A DNA stretch of 64,000 nucleotides, taken from the human T2T-CHM13v2.0 reference genome, Homo sapiens. The position numbers and the translations under genes are program-made. Location: assembly GCF_009914755.1 (NCBI RefSeq), contig NC_060935.1. The stretch is one strand, 5' to 3'. Below the pieces are notes generated by a model that saw nothing but the letters and a program-made list of their open reading frames with translations, made no database searches and was not told where the DNA came from. Positions within the stretch are counted from its first letter, which is position 1. The number at the start of each line of letters is the position of its first letter. Below, in pieces: positions 25,012 through 37,539 of this stretch.

Positions 25012-26673
25012 AGCCTACTCCTTCTTCTACTCTCAGGCCATCGGCCCTGGGGCTGATAAGGAAACACAGAAGCAGTGGTTAGAGGCGTAAGTAGAAGACT
25101 CAGTAGAGCTCACTGTTAGAAAAGCCAAGTGCAGAAAGGGTTCCAAACAGGGGCACAGCAGCAGTGCTGAGTGAAGAGGCAGCCTCAGTAGGAATGGGGT
25201 GTCTCAAGACTTGGGCTCAGCTGACTGGCCTCTCCATCCTGGCTCTGTTCACTGATATACTAGGCAAGACACACCCTTCTTTTAGCCTCATTTTTCCCAT
25301 TTGTAAGTGAAGAAATTGAATTAGCTTGTGTCCATGTTTCCCATCCAGATTCTGAAATTTGAGATTTTCATTTTTTTTCCTTTGGCATTGGATACAAATG
25401 ACTAAGACTGATACTGTGACTCATGTTTATAATCCATAACCACAGAGTCTGAAATCTTAGAGCTAAAAGAGATTGACCAATACAATTCTCTCTTTTCTAC
25501 TCATTTGATGATAAAGAAACTAAGGTCCAGAGAGGGCCCACTTCCAGGTCTATAGAACTGGGAATTGGGTGCTTAGAAATTTGCAGTTCTGATAGTCACC
25601 AGGTGATTAAGTTCTGGAAGGGCAGGAACTATCTGTCTTGTTCTCCACTGCATTACTGGCCAGATTTTTTTAAATGCTTGTTGAGTGAATGAATGAACAA
25701 ATAATCTCCCTCCAACGTCATGCAGCCTGGGACCAGGGAAGTATCCTTACTCCTTGCCTGGAGGTAGGGGCAGATAAGACTGAAGCCACAGACTGCTTCT
25801 GGCCCCTAAAGGGATGGTGCTCTCTAGCTGGGGAGACAGAACAGAGCCAGGAACAAATTCTCAAGGTTGGTGGTGCCAGCAGCTCTTGGCCATAAAGTGG
25901 GCTTCTACTAGAGTCCTTCGTGCTGTGCATAATGAATCACGGTATGTCAATTACTGCATTCTGTTAACAAGCTCATGTCCACCTGTGTATCGCCAATGAG
26001 TGCCTTGCAATTTGCCACAGCTCTGCAGTTAATACACGGCAGAACAAGTGGGGCAGAGGATTCTGAAACACTCCAGGCCCAGGGAAATCAGGTGGTTGGT
26101 TTGTTTTTGGCAACTACTGGGCTTGATGATTGGGCAGCAGTATGTAGAGATGTATTCTCTCCTCTCTGGGGAAAGGGTCTGTGTCCTGGGTCTTTCCTGT
26201 CCTGATTCAGATAAGTTCAGATGGAGAACACCATCTTTGTATTTTTTTTTCTCTGAAGTATTGAACAAAACGGGGCAGAGGCAGAATGGTAATTAAAAAA
26301 TCACCTCCAGCATGGTTTGATGGTCTGGTCATCCGATCATCAGCACTGAAGTCTCTCACAGGATTCAAAAATGGCTCCATGACACATGAACACTGTGATC
26401 TTGAGTATATCTCTTAATTTCTCTGCAACTCCATTTCCACATCAGCAAAACTGGGATAATAATACTTACCTTGCAGAGATACTGCAAAGATTAAATGAGA
26501 GAATGCATATTGAACCCAGAATGGTGGCTGACATGTAGCAGGTATATAATAGATGAGCCTCCTAGTATGTTAGAGGTGTTTCCTGAAGGGATTCTAATCT
26601 CCTGAGGAAGACTAGGGCCCAAGACCTTAAGCAAACCCAGGCAAGAGCCTCTGTGTCTTAGATGTGTGTGTGT

Positions 26674-26854
26674 ATTACCCCCTAGTGGCTCCACAGTAAT
26701 GATTACAACTGCAGTCATGTGAGGATGTCAGATCTGCACCTCACCTCCACACTGGCTGTGCGAGAAGTGAGCAAGCCTCCTGGTGACAGGGGAGGCTGTT
26801 CCTTTATCAGGCAGCACCGCTGCAGCCCCTGACCTACTTTCTTACTAAAAATAG
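26674..26854. promoter_or_regulatory. Candidate CTCF motif plus perfect MEF2 site
   Basis: Minus-strand GAGCCACTAGGGGGTAAT (26674-26691); CTAAAAATAG at 26845-26854; unique, relatively GC-rich stretch. Confidence 0.35.
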
Positions 26855-29659
26855 CTCTTCTTAGGTCACTGCCGCAAATTGAATTCCACTGCTTCACTGC
26901 ACCCTGTAAGCAGGTGGGTGGGCGCCAGAGCACATTTGGTGAGCTGCAAGCCTCTGCTTATGTGGTGCATTGCTGCCCAAGGATGCTAATTCCACATGCC
27001 TGAGCAGACGGCAGAACGTGTCTGCACTCAGCAGGGCTGTACGTGACCCTGCTGGGGTTCCTTTATTTGGGGGGAAGGGGGACAGGGAGGGGCAGTGAGG
27101 GAAATTCTAGATCCAGTTTTGAAGTCTGACAGAACTGAATTGAAACACAGCATCCAATGCTTTCTTATTTGACCTTGGGAAAGTCACAACTTCTCTTTGC
27201 CTCAGTTTTCTCATCTGTAAAATGGAGAAAATAAAACTGACCTTAAAGTATGATTGTATAGATATTTTAAAACGCTATTTACAAAGCAGTCTTTGGCACA
27301 GAAGAGGAGCCCAATAATGAAGCTAGTACAGGTATTCTCCATTGTATGGCCTGTTGCTCCACATGCCCTCCAGCTAAAGCCTCTCATAGCAGGGGGAGCA
27401 AGGGACAGAAGGCCAATCAAAGAATTAGGAAGATTTTAAGCTGAAAGGGCTTTAGCAGTACTGAGGTCAAAGGTTCTCAGACATGGCTGAGCATCCCAAT
27501 AACTGGTAGCCTGTTAATAATACTGATTCCAGGTCCTTATCCGGGAGACTGGGACTCAAGAAGTCTGTCTAGGGGCCAGGGTATCTGCAATTTAATAAGC
27601 TCTCCAGGTGATTCTGATGAACTGCCAAGTTTGAGAACCTCTGAACTAGGTCAGTCACCTTGTTAAAGTAAATGAGTAAATGAATTACTACTATTTTTCT
27701 TCCATTATAAGCACAATGCATAGTCATTATAAAATATGCAGAAAACATGGAAAAGCAAAAAATCAAAATAAAAAAGTAAAAATTCAATCATATATTGAGT
27801 GATTATTAAATGCCAGGCCCTTTGCTGAATCCTAGGGATTTGTTGATAACACAATTCTGACCCTAAGGAAGGCCCAGTCTATGTGCAGAGATGGAAACAA
27901 ACAAGAAGACTGTAACAGAGGACATATGTGTTAGAGCCAAGTTACAAATTTTATAGAAAGAAGGATGAAGGAGCAACTGATTCCACCTAGGAAGTCAGGG
28001 AAATTTGCAGAGCTGGACTAGAAGAAGAGCAGATATTCATGGCGAGACAAGGGAGTAAAGGGAATTTCAGGAGGAATGAACCAGACATACAAAAGCATAC
28101 AGGGATGAAAGGTATTTGTTAGGAAAATGTCCTAAGGTCACCATAGTGAGGTCACCATATACAGTAAATAGTGGTGGCACAAAGACAGCTGGTGTGAACA
28201 TCTGGGTCTGGATCATGAAGGGTGTGGATAACATCAACAATGCTTCCTACACTGGAAAGTATATTTCCCAGTATATTTTTCATATGTGCCTTTTTGTTTT
28301 CATTTTTACATGACCAATGCTGCAATTCTTACTTAATAAACACTACAAATTAGTGAAGCAGATAGGTCATCTTTTATCCATTACCAAATGTTAGTAAAAT
28401 TAGGTAGCTCCTAATTTTACTAAATTATAAAAAGACTATGATGAACATCTTTAACCATAAAGTTTTTTTCCATATTTAAGATCTTTCCTTAGAGAAGAAT
28501 GCTAGGATATGAATTAATAAATGAAAGTGAATGGACATCTTCAAGGCTCTTGATAATAGCTCCAAAGGATTTTCCAAAAGTGGCACAGATGTTTTTATAA
28601 ATGAGGAGATAAGGCCCAAAGAGGTTCCATGTCTTGTCCAGATTATACAGTCGAATGGGGCGGTACCAAGAGCAACATCTGGGTCTCCCAACCCCCACTC
28701 TAGCTCTCTTTCTTCTGACCACATTGCTTTTCTACAAATCATAGAGAGATGAAATAATATCTATTCACCCAATGCTTCCAATCAATTCTAAGTATTTTAG
28801 GTTGGCAATGTACATGCATAGGAGATGTGAGTAACATGTGTGTGTTTACATGCACATGTGAAGCTCTATATACGAGTCTATTTTTCCATCCTTATCATGT
28901 ATGCTCCCCTACCAATGACAATTTTTGTTCTAGCCAAGCTGAGCAAATCTTACATTGTCTTACCTCCACACCGTTGATCCTACATGAAGTATCTCTTGTT
29001 CTCCTAGTCAAATTCTATGCATATTTTTAAAATCCAAAAAGCATTTCCTGACTCTGGGCACTTACTATCAACAAGAGTCATACGTGATACTTACTTTATT
29101 GCTTTGCAGCAGCTCTGGTATTGATATAAAATTATTTAAGTTTTACCTATACAATAAAAGCTGCCTCCAGCTTCTGTTATTAGAAAGGGATAAAACAACC
29201 CCCCCAACCCCACCCTTGAGGCTAATGAAAAGACTTCTAGCATTTGATGGGCTGAAGACAGGTAAGGCCAATCCCTTGTACCTTCTATATCTACAGTAGT
29301 AGACATCTTGGTAGACTGGAAAGAGCACAGGACCAGGAGACAGAATAATAATAGCTTCCATGTGCTGAGGACCTACTCTGACCAGGCACAATGCTGGTTG
29401 CTTTATATACATTATTTAGAATCCTTAAAATTACCCCCAGCAAGGGAAATATTATTTGACCCATTTTACAGATGAGGAATCTTAGGACCTGAGAGATTAA
29501 TTTATTCACGGTCAATACCATCAGTAAGTGGCAAAATCAGGATTTAAACTCAAGTATGTCTTACTCAAAAATCTATGTTTTTTTCTGCTTTACTATATTA
29601 TGTCTCAGCAAATGTCATTTCAGTTCTATCTCTGTTACTTTCAAGATACATGATCTTCT

Positions 29660-30022
29660 CCTGGTCTTTTTTTCTGTTGCTATAACCGAATACCACAGGC
29701 TGGATAATTTATAAAGAAGTTGATTTGGCTCACAGTTCTGGAGGCTGGAAAGTCCAAGAGCATGGTGCTGGTATCTAGTGAGGGTCATGCTAGGGTGGAC
29801 AGGTGGAAGGAGAAGAGAACACATGCGAGAGAGAGCTTATATTTTTAACAAAGCCACTCCAGCAATAACTAACCTACTCCCACAATAATGACATAAATCC
29901 ATTCATAAGGGTTGATCCCCCATGACCCAATCAGCTTCCAAAGGCCCCACTCCCAGCACTGTTACACTGGGGACCAAGTTTCTAACACAGGAATTTTTGA
30001 GGAGCATATTCAAACCATAGCA
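29660..30022 (-). mobile_element. MSTD-type MaLR solo LTR
   Basis: 'gttgctataaccgaataccacaggctggataatttataaagaag...ggctcacagttctggaggctggaaagtccaagagcatggtgc...attcaaaccatagca'. Confidence 0.8.
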
Positions 30023-33000
30023 GATGCCTAACAGGACATTCATGCTCTCCAAATCCTAGCCTCCTCAGTAACAACATGGGGATAATCATCTTCCCATCCT
30101 GCCCTTTACTCCCAACACACACGTACACATACAGGGCTGTTGCAATGATTAAATGTTATAATGAGTGTAAAAGACCCAGACAGACATATGGGTTGTTATT
30201 AGAGTCCTGAACAGCACAACTGATCATTCTGGTGATAAATGGACATCCTGCCAAGATCCTCTGTCACTTAAAGAGAATTTAATTACGCTCACTAGACAGC
30301 TCCTTCTAGCATCAGAGAGTGAATGTTTGCAATGCATTTCATAATGACTTTCAATAAGGCCTGAAACCAAGAGGTTAATACTCTGAGAAAAATCCATTAA
30401 CCAAAATACTGCATTCTTGGAGTACTCTGGTAATCATGGCTCCCTGGGATATTTTCCCACTCTATCACATATATGTATGCATTTCTATATACACTTGCAC
30501 ACATCTTTCACTGGCAGCCTATTTCTAGAAAGCAGGATTCAGCAAAAGGGAAGCTGGGCTTGGATTCCACCACCAGGGGGGCAATTGTAAATGGGCTGGG
30601 GGACATTTATTTCAGTTTTCCAGAGGTTTCTGGTGAAATGTTAGGAGACCTGGCTGAGGTGTCAGGAGACCTGGGTTGTAGTTCACATTCTGCTGCTTAT
30701 TCACTATATAACATTGGACAACATGCTTGACTCAGCCTCGATGTCCTTTTACATAAAATAGGGATGATACCTACCTTAGATAAATTAGCTAACCTCCCTA
30801 GGGCAGTATTTCCTCTGCTGTGAAACTGTCACAATTACTATGTATATATCTGTACCGTGTGCTGGCCCTGTGCTGAGGGCTTTGCATGTATTCTTTCACT
30901 CCTCCTTACAGTCCTGTGAGACGGGTGCTATTATCTCCAGCTGACAGAAGAGGAAACCTATGCTCAGAGGAGTTCAATAATTTGTACCAGGTCATATAAC
31001 TGTTAAGTTACAGAGTTAGGATTCAAACCTTGGTCCCCTTGATTTGAAATGCAGTGCCCTTAACCTTGAAACCACATTCCTACTTACCAGAGAGCTGTTG
31101 CAAGGAAGAAATGAAGAAACATTAATTATTATGTGTCTCCTGTGTATCTAGTAGTTTGCATCCCTCTTCTGTAAGACACATGAGTACAAGGATGCTCTAT
31201 AGAGCCCCCGCACATGAGGCTGCTCTGTGACTGTGGGGCCCTGTGTGGGGATATGTGCATTTTGAGAAGGCAAGGGACAGACAGGACCTGGTAGAAAAGT
31301 ATTTACTGCTGTGCTCCCCAAAGTCATGAAGTCAGCCATACTAGAAACATGGATGAGGGTTATGGATGAAATTTCTCCGAAGTTTTAAAAGTTGGAGAGT
31401 TAAAGGCTGGCGTGGCAGTGACAGAATCTTGCTGAAGACTAGAGTAAAACACTTGCATTCATGCATTATTGCAGATTTTTAAGCTGATGTATCCAAGGTG
31501 ACTGTGCTGGACACTAATGAGGAAAAAGATATGACTGAAATGGCAGGAGTACGTGCCTTCAGAGAAGCTGGACAACCCCACCCCCACTGCTTACACAGAA
31601 AGGATGAAGGGACACAAGGAAGAACCCACATTTTGAAATCTTAGGCTGGATTGAACTAAAAATAGACCTGTGATTCAAATGTCTATTACTGAGTTCTCTG
31701 CTTTTGCACTCTGGAAACCAGGTTGTTTCACTCCCCATCAAATCTACCTCCCTAAGGTGTTCATTCCCACAGCTTGGAGACACAGCAAAGTAAAAACTGC
31801 TGAGAGTCTAATGAGTGTGTGGTACCATGCCGGGCCCTTTATACCCATGATCTCATCTGTGCTGCACAATAACCTTGGGATGCATGTACAGAGGAGGAAA
31901 CTGAGGCCCAGTTAGGTAAGATGACTTGCCCAAGGTCATTCAGCTACTAAGTGGCAATACTGGGAATTGAATGAACTCAGGTCAGTCTGACTCCCGAACC
32001 CATGCTCTTTCAAACAGAAATCCTTGCTACATTTCAAAGAGGCAGAGCTTCATTTTAAGCTTAATGAGTAATGAAAGCAACATTGCTCCCTAATTTACCT
32101 TCTGGCTCTGGGAAGGACCCAGCAAGGCAGCCATTTGAATGATTCATTCCTGTGACTGACAAGGAGACTTCTCTTGGTTATAGCTTCAGCAGCTGCTAAA
32201 TCTGCTACACACCACCCCACTTCACCCCCTCCATTTGGCTCAGGTAGGTGGAATTATTTATGTAAGAATTTCAGTGGCCTCCTGCCTTAAGCATGATTAT
32301 CACAGACTTTTAAGTGATAAAAATGTCATAAATCATAATAAAGGACAAAAGGAATCAGGGTCAGGGAAGGTAACAGGAAAGAAGATATTCTGAAAAGCAA
32401 AGAAGTAGGTACAGATGCAACAGGGTAACTCTCAGCATTTACATAAACACTTTCCTAGCAATTTATTCATCTGATCCTCATAATACCCTGGTAGATGTTA
32501 GTATCTCCATTTTACAGATGAAGAATGTGAGGGTTAGATCTGAGGTCCAAGGTCAGACCGTGGGTAGGATAAGAACCCAGGTCTCCTAATTCTCGCTCAG
32601 TGCTTCCCATAAGCCACTCACCCAATAAAGTGAAGACAGAAATCCATGAGAACTATCAGAGAAAGAACTCTGTAGTCTTGCCCCTCTGCATGACAGGACC
32701 AGGGAGGGGAAAGTGGCTGCGACAGTATCAGAGAGTAGTAGCACGGAGTCTGGAACTGTGGGCTCAGGAACATTTTTCAAGTCCCACCTTAGATATATAC
32801 TACTACATAATTGTGTGACCCTAGGCAACTCATTTAATCTCTGCCCTGATTTCCTCACTTGTAAAACATAGCAAACAATAGTACCCACTTCATATGGTGG
32901 TTGTGATGACTAAATAGAAAAAAAAATACCATACATGAACAGTGCTTGGCGCCAAGGCAAACAATCAGTAAGTGTTAGCTGTCACTGTTTTCATCATTAT

Positions 33001-33262
33001 CATCATGAACGTGCCCAACACACTGCTTGGCACATGAGAAATGTTAAGTGAATGTTCATTTCTTCTCCTTCCCCTTGCTCCTGTATTTCCCAAGGCACCA
33101 CACCCCCATCTGTTATCTGTAGACCTGTTAAGACGAGGTCTAGGGTTGAGGAAGAGCACACAGTGCTTCTTCCCAGGCAATGTGACTGGGCTGGCCTTGT
33201 TTACTGGGGCAGTGAGCTGCTACACAAAGTCATTAATCATACGTGGTGCTATGTGCTTTCAG

Positions 33263-33398
33263 GTCACTCTGCAGAAATGGACAACTCCATCTGGTTTTTC
33301 CTCAGGGAGACAGAGCCTTCCCATGTATCCACGTATGGAGTTCCTATTGAGGACTCAACCTTTGCAATAGCTTCTTGGAATCTGGAAAGTCTACTAAG
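33263..33398 (+). other. Candidate spliced exon (136 nt, or 93 nt from the alternative acceptor at 33306)
   Basis: tgtgctttcag|GTCAC...CTACTAAG|gtgagt; consensus donor. Confidence 0.25.
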
Positions 33399-33413
33399 GT
33401 GAGTTCGTCCCTA

Positions 33414-33832
<419 letters not shown>

Positions 33833-33836
33833 TTAC

Positions 33837-33896
33837 ATAACATTATTAAAGCTATCACAACACCATACCCTATAGCAGGGCCACTTAGCACAAACA
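33837..33896 (-). other. Candidate spliced exon (60 nt; hydrophobic in phase 1: FVLSGPAIGYGVVIALIML)
   Basis: Minus strand: tttttttctttatgtatatgtacacag|TGTTTGTGCT...ATAATGTTAT|gtaagtgt. Confidence 0.35.
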
Positions 33897-35139
33897 CTGT
33901 GTACATATACATAAAGAAAAAAACTGTAATTAAGTAGCTCTGCTTCATTAAGCTTTCTCTACAGAACCAACTCCCCGACTTCTCTACAGAGCTGAAAGTT
34001 TTCATTCCAACCTTCTACCAAGTAGTCCTGTTTGGGTAAGATGCCTAGTGTTCCACAGGCATCTTACACTCAGCTATGCTAAAAAATAAATTCATTACCT
34101 TGCCCAAAGCCTATTCTTTCCTCTCTCCAGGCATCTCTCTTCTCAATGATGACATATCTACCCAGTCTACCAAGGAGAAAAGGGTACCACATCCTTGATC
34201 CTGCCCATTCTTCCCCTTCCTTTCTCAATCCTTTTCATATTAGGCCACTTAATTACTGACTAGCAATGGCTTTCAAATCTCTTCCGTACTTCCTATTTCT
34301 GCTGCCACTGCCTGTCCTTCCTGACAGTTTGCCCTGTGGATTTCAAGCTTGCTAGCCAGTCTCCACAGTTGTACAAGCCATTTCCTCACCAAAATATCTT
34401 AATTTGCATCTCCTTCTGGGTCTGTTTCTCTAGTTGAACCTGGACTGACACACTCTGTCTTTGAAACTAAAACTAAATTCTTATTTTAGTAGAATAACAT
34501 TTTGTTTCTCACCTTTGACAGGTAAAAATTGATAACTGGATCATGCTAAGTTCTGGCAAGGATGTGGAGCTATAGAAATCTGCATTTACTGCTTCTGTCA
34601 AGCATCAGGCACTAAGCTCAGTCCTTTATATATATTATCCCGTCTAACTGTCATAGTTGCTCTGAGCATTTTCATTCTTTATCTACATAGGGAAACTGAG
34701 GTTCAAGGAGGTTATAATTCACTCAACGTTGCATTGCTAGGAAGGAGCAGAGCTGAGTTTCTTTCATGGACTTAGTGTCCCTCTCAAAATCACGTCAACT
34801 TCATTTGAAAATTATAATGAAACTATTAAAACTATAATATTCTTACTTTTTATACAAAATTATTATCTTTCTTTTCCAACCATACTTGTACTTGTTACAA
34901 CCTCAGAAGGCCTATATAAAGTAAAGCGGGGGAGTAGGAGAGCCAGAGTATTATCTTTATTTTATAGATGTGCTATTGGAGCCCTTGGAGGGCGAGTAAA
35001 TTACTTAAGGTAATTTAAATTTCATTTTAAAATTGAAGATTAACAAAGGTACCTGGACAGTTTAAGGAGCCAGATTAAAAAGACATCTTCACTAGGGGAC
35101 AGTCAGTACTGGATTTGGAAACTGTCACAGTTTTAAATA

Positions 35140-35465
35140 CAGTAGTGCCCCCTTATCTTCAGGGGACATGTTCCAAGACCCCCAAGGGATGCCTGAAATC
35201 TCAGATAGTACCAAACTATATATATTTGCTATTTTTTCCTATACAGTAACAGGCGGATAGTATATACATCATGGACACACTGGACAAAGAGATGATTCAT
35301 GTTCTGGGTGGGATGGAGTGACATGGCATGAGATTTCATCACGCTACTCAAAATGTGAAACTTTTGCATTATTTCTGGAATTTTCCATTGAGTATTTTCG
35401 GACTGTGGCTGACTGCAGGTAACAGAAACTGTAGAAAGTGCAACTGCAGATAAGGGGAACTACTG
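35140..35465. mobile_element. MER44A (Tigger7-related) non-autonomous DNA transposon
   Basis: Terminal inverted repeats cagtagtgcccccttatc ... gataaggggaactactg; TA at left flank; internal 'ttccaagacccccaagggatgcctgaaa'. Confidence 0.85.
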
Positions 35466-37539
35466 TTCTCCCTCTGAGACACGATTTGAAGCAAAGGGGC
35501 CTGGGCTGAGTGGTGGGAGATCTGCTTTCTTAGTCTGCCTGGGCAGGTCCTCTGGCTGGCTCACAACTGAAACATATCACTGCCCCTTCTAAGACTTGAA
35601 TATTTCACTTACAGATGAAGATTGGGAACAGTTGGCTTCTGAGATCCTTTCCAGCACCAACCCACTTTAATTCTATAAACCCAACATTCCCAAGTATACC
35701 ATGGTCATCTGTACTTTGCAGGCTCTCTCTAGAATGGACAAAGGTTATTCTGCAGTGTGGGCACAGATGTGGTCCTGTAATGCAAGATACTGAAAACCAC
35801 ATCCCCACCCCTAACCCACAAATTTCCTCTCTAGGCCTCTTTTATAGGAATGTCTTCAGACTACCCCACTGCCTATCCCACTGACAATTTAAAGGCAATA
35901 TAACTAACAAGCTCATCCTTTACCCTCTGTCAATATCTCTGCTGCCCATGGCTGGCTCCCCTGTGCTCTGGCCTCCCTAGTGCAAGCTGACTCAGTCAAT
36001 ACCCAAGACTTACCATTTCTACCACTAGGCCCTCTCTTATATTGATTCCCAATTACACATTACTTTGTTGACTTCTTTTCATATTCCACCCTTTAGATCC
36101 TGAATTCATCATCCTTTGTGTAATAAATTCCCAGTTTTCAGAAAAAGTGAAATGGTCCCCTTCTATGCCTTCATGGAGACAGGCTGCAGCTGGAGCCTTT
36201 TGGCAGCCAAAAGAGACCCCTTTGCAGCTCTTAACAATCTGTTACTGAATAATTTGAGAGAATATTGCTAATTATGAACCTGTGTCTTTAGATACCCAAG
36301 TCCTTAAGCTGCAGAGTACCCAGGACAAGGTTCTCCTCCTTGAGCAAGTTACCCTCTCTGCCATAGTTTCCCCATCTGTGAAACAGGTATAATAATAGTA
36401 CCTACCTTACTGTTGATGTAAAGAATCAATTAATAATGTATGTAAAATGTGTAAAACCACACATAGATCAATAATGTCAACTATTACTGTTATTATGGTT
36501 CAATAAATATTTGACAGTTGGTCACACAGTGTGTTGGCTTCCTGGACTCTTCTTCCCCCTTAACTTTCCTAAAAAGCCAAGCTATTGAAGTCATTATCTT
36601 TTTTTGTTTCTTAAATCACATTTGAGTTCATATGGTGAGCCTTGGCAGAGCCCCCAAAAATAATGAAACGAAAGGAAACATGTCTAAACAGGTCTACAAT
36701 TTGGCATAGCACTGGTTTGGTACAAACCTATGCAGCCTAGGGAAATGGAGAATATAATATCTCCAGTATGGGTGAGTAGCAGAAACTACCCAGAAACAAG
36801 CCAAGTCAAGGGCTCCTGAGGCCATGGACTGCTAGGTCACAGTGACAAAGGTGGGACCTTTGGAGCTCACCTCTAAAGTTGCCGACGTTCTATCTCCAGA
36901 GGGGTGTAATGTGCCAGCTGAAGTTAGGACTTGTGGGTGACCGTTCCGGACATAGCCCATAACTTGCTGTGTGACTTAGGGCAAATCATTTCCAAACTTA
37001 GGCCTTAATTTCCTCTTCTGTAAAGATTAGGCTGTTTCTAAAGTCCCCTCCACCATGAAAGTCTGTGGTTCTATGACCCCAGGGTTCTTCTTACATTAGA
37101 TCAGCTAAGATTTTGCTTCTCCCCGCTCTGAAAAGCAGTCCCTCCCAGACTAGAAGCATATACGTCTTCTTTGGCTACCCTCGCCATTTGGCAAAATTAA
37201 AATTTTAAAAAGCATCTGTCTAAGAGCTCCCCATATTTTTCCCCCTTCTTGCTATGTAATGCCATTTGGTGAAAACTTCTTCAAGTAAGTTCCCAGCTGA
37301 TCTTAGTAAATTTCCTTCACAAGAAGTATTCATCTCAGAGGTGCTGCCCGAATAAAATGAACAGACTCACAAAACTCACAAATACAAAGGCCACGGTGCC
37401 AAGGCTTCAGCTTTGAGTGGCTTCCCTTCTGTCATACTGTGCAGTCACACAACTTCCAGCCTGCCTCACATTCTCAGGGCCACTGTGGGACCACTTTCTC
37501 TATCCTTGTCAGCTGTGGCCTACAAAGAGCAGTAGGAAC

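Noticed and set aside
26460-26475. Minus-strand donor-like 'cttacc' sites (also ~8603, ~31083, ~35627)
   Set aside because: They lie within MIR-derived sequence and lack a matching acceptor
30570-30584. CTCF-like CCACCAGGGGGGCA
   Set aside because: An extra G displaces the conserved core C; not supportable without ChIP data
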